This document shows positions 1-6,851 of a stretch of DNA of 32,798 nt, one piece after another; the first letter of the stretch is position 1; each line of letters begins with the position of its first letter. The notes under the pieces are model-generated. The model saw only the letters and a list, made by a program, of their open reading frames with translations. It made no database searches and was not told the DNA's origin. Origin of the DNA: a virus; the UHGV virus genome UHGV-0202764, one strand, 5' to 3'. The translations under genes were made by a program, and so were the position numbers.

Positions 1-21
1 ATCCTCACCAAATCTTTTCAT
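1..21 (-). CDS. 5' part (MKRFGED) of origin-spanning 65-aa AcrIC5-like putative anti-CRISPR; continues at 32798-32622
   Basis: ATG at 21-19 follows the GAAAGG SD of repeat copy A, and 7 codons join in frame to TTC GAA TTA at 32798. Confidence 0.8.
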
Positions 22-107
22 ATCTTTTTACCTTTCCGGCTGTGCCGTTCCTTTCTTTATCTTATGTATATATATTACACCCGAAAGGGTGTAATGTCAA
101 GAGGAAA
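15..107 (-). repeat. Promoter/leader repeat copy A (93 bp, 1 mismatch to 1828-1920)
   Basis: Direct comparison at offset 1813; the only difference is 67 t versus 1880 c. Confidence 0.95.
72..100 (-). promoter_or_regulatory. Sigma70 promoter with palindromic operator, copy A
   Basis: Minus strand TTGACA(100-95)-17 bp-TAATAT(77-72). Inverted repeat ATTACACCC-GAAA-GGGTGTAAT at 74-95 fills the spacer. Confidence 0.85.
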
Positions 108-119
108 AGCACAAAAATA

Positions 120-329
120 TTACTTTTTCGGATCTTCCCGGTACTCAATCAATTCCTCAACCGGTAAGCCGGTAAGCTTGCAAGCAAGGTCAAGAGTACA
201 AATGTTGATCGGCTCGTTGTGCCGCAAGCGGGCAATAGCTGATTCACTTAAGATATGCTCCTGTCGTAAACGGTTAGTGTTATACCCAGCATATGCAAGC
301 TTGCCAAGAATATTCTTATAAAAAATCAT
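120..329 (-). CDS. Small Cro/C1-type HTH repressor (HTH_26-like), candidate Aca
   Basis: 69 aa with LSESAIARLRHNEPINICTLDLACKLTGLPVEELIEY HTH pattern; last gene of the operon driven by promoter copy B. Confidence 0.85.
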   Translation of the reverse strand: MIFYKNILGKLAYAGYNTNRLRQEHILSESAIARLRHNEPINICTLDLACKLTGLPVEELIEYREDPKK

Positions 330-355
330 GTCCTTTTCTCCTTTCTAAAAATAAT

Positions 356-616
356 TTAACTGGTTATTTTAATCGGATATCTTACTGTAGAATATCGCCT
401 AAGTACAAAAATTTCAGGGAATCCGGTTCGGAAATCAAAATCAAGAGTATTTACAGCACTGTATATCACAGAACTGTCCGGGCTGGAAAGTCTAAATACT
501 TCATTACTAAGTTTTTTCGGGATCTCGATATATCCTTCAGACAAAAGATTTTCCTTGATGACAAGAACATCGGAGAGATCATTGTATTTTGTTCTTGTAG
601 TATTAACGGTTCTCAT
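356..616 (-). CDS. Hypothetical protein, 86 aa (MRTVNTTRTK...)
   Basis: Start moved to the ATG at 616, downstream of GGAGG (627-623). The upstream extension of the ORF-track call overlaps the previous gene. Confidence 0.7.
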   Translation of the reverse strand: MRTVNTTRTKYNDLSDVLVIKENLLSEGYIEIPKKLSNEVFRLSSPDSSVIYSAVNTLDFDFRTGFPEIFVLRRYSTVRYPIKITS

Positions 617-635
617 GTTATACCTCCACTTGAAA

Positions 636-1157
636 TTAATTAAGCTTACAATAAGAATTACTAATTTTAACAAGCTTGCTTGTCGGATAAAGAGAGTATA
701 CCTTATTAAGAGCAATGTTATACTCTTTTGCGTTAAAATCTTTAAGCTTCTGATCCATGACCGTTCCGAAAAATTTCTTTGTGAAATTGTTAGAAAGGCC
801 CATAAGCCGGATAGCTTTAATCTCACCGGTAGCGGCATCGACAAGCGTCAAGGTCAATGATAAGCCTTGTTCGCCATCCGGGAGAACGATTTCGGTAAGA
901 TTCTTACTTAAATGCGGAGAATAAGGCGCATCCATCCAATTTAGATTGCCGATTTTGAACAGTAACATTATAACGCCGTGAATTTCTGTGAATCTTATTT
1001 CAAAACGGGTACCGCTTTTAAATTGTTCGACTTCGGAGCTTGTCGGCTTCCTGAAAAAGACATATAGTTCTGCACCGCTGTCCGACATGTCGAACAGCGC
1101 GCCCTCCTGATGATTTGCAAATTCTGAAACGATTTGACCTACTTCATAATTTTTCAT
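636..1157 (-). CDS. Conserved-looking phage hypothetical protein, 173 aa; anti-defence candidate
   Basis: AGGAGG SD; tightly packed in the promoter-B operon. Confidence 0.8.
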   Translation of the reverse strand: MKNYEVGQIVSEFANHQEGALFDMSDSGAELYVFFRKPTSSEVEQFKSGTRFEIRFTEIHGVIMLLFKIGNLNWMDAPYSPHLSKNLTEIVLPDGEQGLSLTLTLVDAATGEIKAIRLMGLSNNFTKKFFGTVMDQKLKDFNAKEYNIALNKVYSLYPTSKLVKISNSYCKLN

Positions 1158-1177
1158 AATATAAAACCTCCTATAAA

Positions 1178-1834
1178 TTATTCCTCACTCTGATTTTTCC
1201 ATTCTTTGTAACTCATGCCAAATACTTTTTTAGTAGCATCGTTCAGATCAAATGTATCTTTAGAATTAAGCTTAACGCCGTTGTAAGAAACATAATATGT
1301 TTCCGGCATATCCTGATATCTGAGAAGTCTTTCGACGACATTTTCAAATGATTCATTAGCTTTAACTTGCAATTCTTTTGATTCGGCTTCCTTGTATAAT
1401 GCTACAACTGTCTTTTCTATAAATTTAGTAATATCAGACGAAACACGTTCAGGATCTTTGCCAAGCTGCTTTGCAAGAGATCTGACGTAACTACTGCCGA
1501 GAGCGGTACTAGAAAAGGCATCTCCAAGTCCATCTTTTTTATTTCCGAAACCAGTTCTGAAAATAGTCATTAAAACGTCGGCTTTTTCATACAGTGACAT
1601 TGTTTCGATATCTTTTCTTCTACGATCCACAGCTTCACGGATCTTTTTCTTTTCGTACTCGCCTGCACCGCCGATCATACGCTGGTATTCTTCTTCTGTA
1701 ACATGGATAAGCTGCTCATTTACATAAATTCTATAAAGCTCCGGACGATCTGAAACGGTAGACTTATATGTTTTCTCATTCCATTTTCCTTCATATTTAA
1801 CTCCTGTGTAATCTGTTACCTCAATGTTTTTCAT
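1178..1834 (-). CDS. Hypothetical protein, 218 aa; first gene of the promoter-B operon
   Basis: ATG lies inside repeat copy B, directly after its SD. Confidence 0.85.
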   Translation of the reverse strand: MKNIEVTDYTGVKYEGKWNEKTYKSTVSDRPELYRIYVNEQLIHVTEEEYQRMIGGAGEYEKKKIREAVDRRRKDIETMSLYEKADVLMTIFRTGFGNKKDGLGDAFSSTALGSSYVRSLAKQLGKDPERVSSDITKFIEKTVVALYKEAESKELQVKANESFENVVERLLRYQDMPETYYVSYNGVKLNSKDTFDLNDATKKVFGMSYKEWKNQSEE

Positions 1835-1920
1835 ATCTTTTTACCTTTCCGGCTGTGCCGTTCCTTTCTTTATCTTATGCATATATATTACACCCGAAAG
1901 GGTGTAATGTCAAGAGGAAA
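1828..1920 (-). repeat. Promoter/leader repeat copy B
   Basis: Near-identical to 15-107. Operator at 1887-1908, -35 at 1913-1908, -10 at 1890-1885. Similarity to copy C extends to about 2007. Confidence 0.95.
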
Positions 1921-2037
1921 GTGCAAAAAATTAAATAAAATAGATATGAAAAAGAAGATAGTAGAATAAAAAAGACCGGACAGGTTAAACCATGACCGGC
2001 TTCATATCGTCTACTTCAAATATCGTTCTATTTCTTC

Positions 2038-2068
2038 CTTTCTGCCGGAGAGGACCGCTCCGGCACGG
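2038..2068 (-). repeat. 31-bp GC-rich hairpin element, copy 1 (copy 2 at 32581-32611)
   Basis: GCCGGAG-N7-CTCCGGC stem; 28/31 identical to copy 2. Confidence 0.85.
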
Positions 2069-2077
2069 CATACCGTA

Positions 2078-2305
2078 TTAAGCAACTTCCAACGCCTCAA
2101 CCTGTTCCCAAGTCAAGCCGTACTGATTAACGAGTACAAGAGAAAGGTCGCTCATTGCTGCGTTAATCTCCATTGAGGGATGATTAGCGAACATGATAGC
2201 AAGCTTTTTATATCTTGCAATTTCAAGCTCTTTGATAAAAGCATCAATATCCGCTTTGCAATTAAAATAAATGTGGTCTATGTAATATCCTTTATATTTT
2301 GTCAT
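2078..2305 (-). CDS. Small hypothetical protein, 75 aa; anti-defence candidate
   Basis: GGGAGG SD; only gene under promoter copy C. Confidence 0.8.
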   Translation of the reverse strand: MTKYKGYYIDHIYFNCKADIDAFIKELEIARYKKLAIMFANHPSMEINAAMSDLSLVLVNQYGLTWEQVEALEVA

Positions 2306-2342
2306 ATCTTTGTACCTCCCAAGAATTGTTTATTTCCTTTAC

Positions 2343-2477
2343 CTTATGTATATATATTACACCCAAAAGGGTGCAATGTCAAGGGGAAATGCAAAAAAAT
2401 AAATAAAATAGATCTGAAAAAGAAAACGATAGAAGACATATAAAAACCGGGCAGTTAAGATCTGCCCGGTTTCATAT
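2343..2477 (-). repeat. Promoter repeat copy C (terminator, A/T-rich upstream tract, promoter/operator)
   Basis: ATTACACCC-AAAA-GGGTGCAAT at 2356-2377, TTGACA at 2382-2377, TAATAT at 2359-2354; aligns with about 1874-2007. Confidence 0.9.
2442..2472 (-). terminator. Intrinsic terminator downstream of hicB
   Basis: AAACCGGGCAG-7 nt-CTGCCCGGTTT stem followed by a T-run on the minus strand. Confidence 0.75.
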
Positions 2478-2585
2478 TGTTTATCTAATTTCCATTTACT
2501 ACTGGTGCGATGATTCCATACTCAAGAAATGTTTTTGCCATAATTTCTGCAAGACCTTTTTATTAAAACAGCCAGATGCATGTAT

Positions 2586-2975
2586 CTAATTAGATGCCTG
2601 TTTGAGTAGAGCGTCTGTAAGAACTTTAGAAAAATTGACATTGTTCTTTTCACCATAAGTATTAAGCCATGCCGGAATAGTAATATTCTTACGCACAGAC
2701 TTGCTGCCATATCGTTCTGAATAATCATCAATATCTAATACAAGATAATTAGAAAAGGATCCTTCAGGAACAATGACATGGTCGCTTGGTTTTGGATAAT
2801 CATTGCCATCTTCTAGTTCTGTTAGAATCCAACCAGATGCTGCATCCTGTCCCATTTCAATAGCTTCTGCTAATGTGTCTCCTTCCGTGACACATCCAGG
2901 CAGGTCTGGTACTTCAACTGTAAATCCGTCCCCTTTTTCAAAAGGAGTAAAGATAGCTTCATAAACTAATTTCAT
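2586..2975 (-). CDS. hicB: HicB antitoxin
   Basis: VEVPDLPGCVTEGDTLAEAIEMGQDA motif and C-terminal VRKNITIPAWL...VNFSKVL RHH-type region; start moved to the ATG at 2975 after AAAGGGG. Confidence 0.93.
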   Translation of the reverse strand: MKLVYEAIFTPFEKGDGFTVEVPDLPGCVTEGDTLAEAIEMGQDAASGWILTELEDGNDYPKPSDHVIVPEGSFSNYLVLDIDDYSERYGSKSVRKNITIPAWLNTYGEKNNVNFSKVLTDALLKQASN

Positions 2976-3008
2976 TAGAAAATCCCCTTTCATGTTTAAC
3001 CGACAGGG

Positions 3009-3191
3009 CTATTTGAGCCCTGCCTGTTTTAATATTGAATTTGCTGTGCCTTTACTTACATCGCCATTATGTATTGGAACTGTAACCTTGCCGGGTTTGT
3101 CAGGGTGTTTATACTGCCTGTGCGAGCCAACCTGCTTGACTGCGATCCAACCATCTAGGAGAAGAAGTTTTTCAAGTTCTCTGACTGTCAT
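3009..3191 (-). CDS. hicA: HicA toxin (mRNA interferase)
   Basis: 60 aa with GW...GSHRQYKHPDKPGKVTVPIH...GTANSILKQAGL; directly upstream of hicB. Confidence 0.95.
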   Translation of the reverse strand: MTVRELEKLLLLDGWIAVKQVGSHRQYKHPDKPGKVTVPIHNGDVSKGTANSILKQAGLK

Positions 3192-3212
3192 TTCTTACCT
3201 CCTTATGATTAT

Positions 3213-3266
3213 ATTATACACATAGTACACATAAAAGTCAAGAGGAAAATACACATAATACACATA
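3213..3266 (-). promoter_or_regulatory. hicAB promoter with four TATGTGTA direct repeats
   Basis: TTGACT(3241-3236)-17-TATAAT(3218-3213); tacacata at 3217, 3226, 3250 and 3259. Confidence 0.85.
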
Positions 3267-3323
3267 AAATTATAGTGATAGATTGTTGATTTTTTGTACA
3301 TAATAGCCTGCAGGAGGTGCGAG

Positions 3324-3521
3324 ATGAAAGTATTGACATGGCAGGCAAGATCAGATAAAAATGTAACGCTTGTAAAGCTTGCGGAGCTGACCGGTATAAG
3401 TAAGAGTGCATTGAACAATATCGAAAATGAAAAGGTGTCACCGACGCTCATACAGCTGGAGGCAATCGCAAAAGCGTTAAATGTGCATATTACAGATCTA
3501 TTTGATAGCGAGTTCAAATAA
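3324..3521 (+). CDS. XRE-family HTH protein, 65 aa
   Basis: TLVKLAELTGISKSALNNIENEKVSPTL motif; AGGAGG SD before the ATG at 3324. Confidence 0.9.
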   Translation: MKVLTWQARSDKNVTLVKLAELTGISKSALNNIENEKVSPTLIQLEAIAKALNVHITDLFDSEFK

Positions 3522-3605
3522 ATTTCCATGATTATGGAAATATTTTTAAATCCCTACACTGTCAAATCAGTACGGCGTATAATGTCAAATGAAGGAGGGA
3601 TTGAA

Positions 3606-3713
3606 ATGGACTACCGAAAGGAGATTATCGTCTTGATGGAAGATGTACAGTCAGAAAAATATCTGAAGTACATATATGATCTGATCAAGACACTGTTAGA
3701 TGAAAGCATCTAA
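3606..3713 (+). CDS. Small hypothetical protein, 35 aa (MDYRKEII...)
   Basis: AAGGAGGG SD before the ATG at 3606; followed by a terminator. Confidence 0.65.
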   Translation: MDYRKEIIVLMEDVQSEKYLKYIYDLIKTLLDESI

Positions 3714-3718
3714 CCTTG

Positions 3719-3751
3719 AACCGGGCAGGATAAAACCTGCTCGGTTTTTTA
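3719..3751 (+). terminator. Intrinsic terminator between convergent genes
   Basis: AACCGGGCAGG-ATAAAA-CCTGCTCGGTT followed by a T-run. Confidence 0.75.
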
Positions 3752-3755
3752 TGAT

Positions 3756-4136
3756 CTAATCATTCGATTTATCATCAACGCCCGCCAACTCTTTGGCTTT
3801 CTGTTCAAGAAACTCCCACTCTGTTACAGATAAATTTGCCAACATTGAAATGAATCTATTTTTGAATGAGTCACTTTCTTCACTTAACAACTCTTTAGTA
3901 AGTCTTGCAATATCAGCATTTCGATTCGACTGCAAAAACATCTCACCGGTTCCGTTACGAAGCCATTCTTCATTTACATTAAATTCTTTACATATAAGAG
4001 ATATAACAGAACCGCTTGGAATATTCTTTCCGACTTCGTAAGCTGCTATATTACCACGCGATGTACCTATTCTATCCGCAAAGCTCTGCTGCGTAAGATC
4101 GAGCTCTTTTCTAATTTTTTTTATTCGATCTTTCAT
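3756..4136 (-). CDS. CI-like immunity repressor (XRE HTH)
   Basis: RIKKIRKELDLTQQSFADRIGTSRGNIAAYEVG...VNEEWLRNGTGEMF; divergent from the lytic operon. Confidence 0.92.
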   Translation of the reverse strand: MKDRIKKIRKELDLTQQSFADRIGTSRGNIAAYEVGKNIPSGSVISLICKEFNVNEEWLRNGTGEMFLQSNRNADIARLTKELLSEESDSFKNRFISMLANLSVTEWEFLEQKAKELAGVDDKSND

Positions 4137-4163
4137 ATATATTCAACTCCTTTCGTTGCAATT

Positions 4164-4286
4164 ATGATAACGCATTGAAAAAACAATGTCAATTAAAAAT
4201 GTTGGCAAACAACAAAAAAGTTGGTAAATTACAAAAAATATATTGACAAAAGTAATTAAACAACATAGAATTGATGCATACCAACA
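4164..4286. promoter_or_regulatory. Lysis-lysogeny switch: divergent promoters and four 15-bp operators
   Basis: Rightward TTGACA(4243)-17-TAGAAT(4266); leftward TTGACA(4192-4187)-17-TATCAT(4169-4164); TGTTG-N5-CAACA-like sites at 4200, 4219, 4251 and 4272. Confidence 0.8.
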
Positions 4287-4314
4287 AAATACTAACATAG
4301 AAAGGAGCGAGCGA

Positions 4315-4716
4315 GTGAAATCAAAGCTAATTGATAAGAAGATAGAAAAGAGTTACATAGCAAGACGGTTATCAAAGATAGCACCTTACGACGAAGGATA
4401 CACAGAAAAGACACTGAAAAGAATGTCATTAAAACAGCTGAAAACGCTTGAAAAGATCATAGATAACTTGACTGCACAGAATACATCAAAAAAGGAATGC
4501 CGAAGCTGTCGGAAATTAAATATAGGAATGATGATGTATGAAGGTTTCAGGTGGAAGTTTCAGGAAGAAGAATTAACACCGTGGCAGATGGATTTTGACA
4601 AGGATACACAGACAATCCTTGTACCAGAAGAAATGATTATGTACTTTATAACATTATCAAACCCGGGACAGCCGCGGCACAGGGTAAAGCTGATTCGCAG
4701 ATATCCCGGACAGTAA
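4315..4716 (+). CDS. Hypothetical early protein, 133 aa
   Basis: GTG at 4315 after AAAGGAG. The ORF-track start at 4243 is the -35 box. Confidence 0.65.
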   Translation: MKSKLIDKKIEKSYIARRLSKIAPYDEGYTEKTLKRMSLKQLKTLEKIIDNLTAQNTSKKECRSCRKLNIGMMMYEGFRWKFQEEELTPWQMDFDKDTQTILVPEEMIMYFITLSNPGQPRHRVKLIRRYPGQ

Positions 4717-4717
4717 G

Positions 4718-5047
4718 CTATTTAAGACTTACAAGAAATTCCAAGACTGCTTTAGCGTTGTTATAAAAACGATGCTGCATGCAGTCGATAGTCTTATCGC
4801 TGATCGCAATAAAAAGGGCTGTGTTGTCGTAAAAAGAACAACTGATATACCCGCATCTGTTTAAAGCGCAACAGATAGAAAAAAGATCTTCTGTGTCAAT
4901 ATCATTAAAGTAGTTTTCGCGAATATAAGAAAGATCTGGAAAGCTACGAGCGTCACGATCAGACATAGAAGTCTTGCGATCAAGATAAGATTTGTAAAGT
5001 GTGACGATAACTTTTTGTTGAATCTTAGAAAGATCGTTCATGTTCAT
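4718..5047 (-). CDS. Moron-like hypothetical protein (winged-helix-like), opposite to the lytic operon
   Basis: AAGGAGG SD and its own extended -10 (TGTTATACT, 5097-5089). Confidence 0.7.
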   Translation of the reverse strand: MNMNDLSKIQQKVIVTLYKSYLDRKTSMSDRDARSFPDLSYIRENYFNDIDTEDLFSICCALNRCGYISCSFYDNTALFIAISDKTIDCMQHRFYNNAKAVLEFLVSLK

Positions 5048-5135
5048 ACCTCCTTACATACTCGATTCTGGCGGGAATCTGCAAGGAGAGTATAACACGA
5101 AAAAAGAAAGATAACATAGAAAAGGAGTGAGCAAC

Positions 5136-5285
5136 ATGTCAGAAAAAGAAAAACAGATCATTGAGACATTTTCAAATGTGATGCCGAAGCTGTCAGAAAA
5201 AGATAAAAGTTATCTTCTCGGACTTGGCGAAGGAATGGCGATCAAGGCAGCAGAGCAGGAAAAGAAGACAGAACAGGAGGTATAA
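5136..5285 (+). CDS. Small early protein, 49 aa (MSEKEKQIIETF...YLLGLGEGMA)
   Basis: Translated by hand (below the track cut-off); AAGGAG SD. Confidence 0.75.
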   Translation: MSEKEKQIIETFSNVMPKLSEKDKSYLLGLGEGMAIKAAEQEKKTEQEV

Positions 5286-5286
5286 G

Positions 5287-5628
5287 ATGAAAAGATTGCA
5301 GAGTGCGAAGCGTGCGGAGATTACAGAGATCCGCACGCTGGCAGCAGATCCCTACATCACGAAGCAGTATATAGCAGATAGATACAAGGTATCTGTGCGA
5401 ACGGTGTGTAACTGGATATCAGAGCTTGATGCATACGTTATGACAGGACGCTATAGCGAGTATACGATTCTGGACGGCTGCGGAGTGACATATATCAATT
5501 ACTTAGCGTTTGTAGATTATTTGAAATATAGAGACAAGCTAAGAAAAAAGAAGCCTGTGCCGCCATTTAACCCGGCAAAGGTGGCAAAATACATCGGCTG
5601 GGGAGCAATGACGCCAGAAATGCAGTAA
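5287..5628 (+). CDS. HTH DNA-binding protein, possible excisionase
   Basis: TKQYIADRYKVSVRTVCNWI HTH; AGGAGG SD before the ATG at 5287. Confidence 0.65.
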   Translation: MKRLQSAKRAEITEIRTLAADPYITKQYIADRYKVSVRTVCNWISELDAYVMTGRYSEYTILDGCGVTYINYLAFVDYLKYRDKLRKKKPVPPFNPAKVAKYIGWGAMTPEMQ

Positions 5629-5641
5629 AGGGGAAAGAAAG

Positions 5642-5851
5642 ATGAACAAGGACACAAAGATAGTAAAACTCATATGCACATTATTGATGGCGATCGGTGC
5701 AGTAAGTCCGTGGATCTGGATAACGCTGTACAGCATATTAAAGATATCACAGGGGATCATGATATTAATGATTATCATATCAGTTATAGCGACGTTTACG
5801 ACATGTGAGATATACGATCAAATGACTATGATCGAAGAAAGAAGAAAGTAG
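5642..5851 (+). CDS. Small membrane protein (2 TM)
   Basis: Two hydrophobic segments; AAGGGG SD. Confidence 0.7.
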   Translation: MNKDTKIVKLICTLLMAIGAVSPWIWITLYSILKISQGIMILMIIISVIATFTTCEIYDQMTMIEERRK

Positions 5852-5876
5852 GGCGAGACGTGTTAGAAAAGAGCAT

Positions 5877-5942
5877 AAAAAAGCGGCAGCTGGAACTGCC
5901 GCCAACATTCTTAAACTGGAGAGTAAAAGAATAATTACTATA
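5877..5942 (-). ncRNA. Putative counter-transcribed antisense RNA upstream of rep
   Basis: Leftward TTGACT(5976-5971)-17-TATAAT(5953-5948) with TGn extension; terminator GCGGCAG-6-CTGCCGC (5883-5902) plus T6 (5882-5877); no convincing ORF between them. Confidence 0.6.
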
Positions 5943-6050
5943 TTTTTATTATATCAAAAATAGCGTAAAAAGTCAAGAAAATAGAGCGTTTAAAGCTCTT
6001 TTGTAACACTCTAAATTATATTAAATATAAGGACATGAAGGAGTGAAAAT

Positions 6051-6851
6051 GTGGCTTATATACAGTACATATGGACGTTCCGGGGAAGTATCGAATATGA
6101 GTATATATATTCGGGAAATAACGGAGCAAAGGGAGAACGAAGAAGGAAAAAACACAAGCATACACCGGAGCAGATGAAACGACAGAATCAGATCAACAAA
6201 GAGAACCGGATGCGACGACTGATAAAAGCGAATTTTACCGAAGATGATTACTGGTGCACGTTGAAGTATCCGGCAGGAAGTAAGCCGGGAATAAAGCGAG
6301 TAGTGCTTGATCTACAGAATTTTAACAAAAAGATGCAGAGAGCATATAGAAAGTACGGACAAGAGTACAAATATATCTACAGAATCGAAGTAGGCAAGCG
6401 CGGCGGCGTACATATACACATAATCATAAACCGGATCAGAGCAGGAACAGAAACGGACAAGCTGATCCGGGAGAAGTGGGTAACACATAAAGTCAATTAT
6501 CAGCAGCTTGACAAGAACGAGAATTACGACGCACTCGCGAAGTACATAGTAAAAGAATACGAAGACGACACGCAGCTATCATTGTTTGATATGAAAGAAC
6601 AAAAAAAGTTGATCCGGTGCAGCAGTAGCAGAAACCTGATAAGACCGAAGCCGGAAAAGAAAATATTCAAACGCCGGACAATGCGCAAGATTCTGCGCGA
6701 GGGAGTACAGGCACGACCGGGCTACAAAATAGATACAGACAGCATCCGGCAAGGTGTAAATCCGTACAGCGGCAAAAGCTATCTGAAATATACAGAAATA
6801 AAGATAAGGGGGAAGTTGAATGCGGCATGTGAACATATATACAGAGATTGA
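6051..6851 (+). CDS. HUH rolling-circle replication initiator-like protein
   Basis: Motif I-like WCTLKY, motif II GGVHIHIII (HUH), motif III ALAKYIVKE; AAGGAG SD before GTG. Confidence 0.85.
   Translation: MAYIQYIWTFRGSIEYEYIYSGNNGAKGERRRKKHKHTPEQMKRQNQINKENRMRRLIKANFTEDDYWCTLKYPAGSKPGIKRVVLDLQNFNKKMQRAYRKYGQEYKYIYRIEVGKRGGVHIHIIINRIRAGTETDKLIREKWVTHKVNYQQLDKNENYDALAKYIVKEYEDDTQLSLFDMKEQKKLIRCSSSRNLIRPKPEKKIFKRRTMRKILREGVQARPGYKIDTDSIRQGVNPYSGKSYLKYTEIKIRGKLNAACEHIYRD

Noticed and set aside
64..860. Plus-strand ORFs 64-321, 293-643 and 555-860
   Set aside because: Antisense shadows of a coherent minus-strand operon; no convincing SDs, and 64-321 starts inside the promoter repeat.
1969..2005. 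Mini-ORF MKPVMV after the hairpin element
   Set aside because: Six codons lying in a degenerate copy of the 2442-2472 terminator region.
15..2477. Repeats as a CRISPR array
   Set aside because: Only three copies, 90-135 bp long, separated by whole genes and explained as promoters; no regular repeat-spacer pattern or cas genes in the window.
3598..3607. GGATTGAAAT resembling a type I-C repeat 3' end
   Set aside because: It is the SD-to-ATG spacer of the 35-aa gene and has no upstream repeat hairpin.
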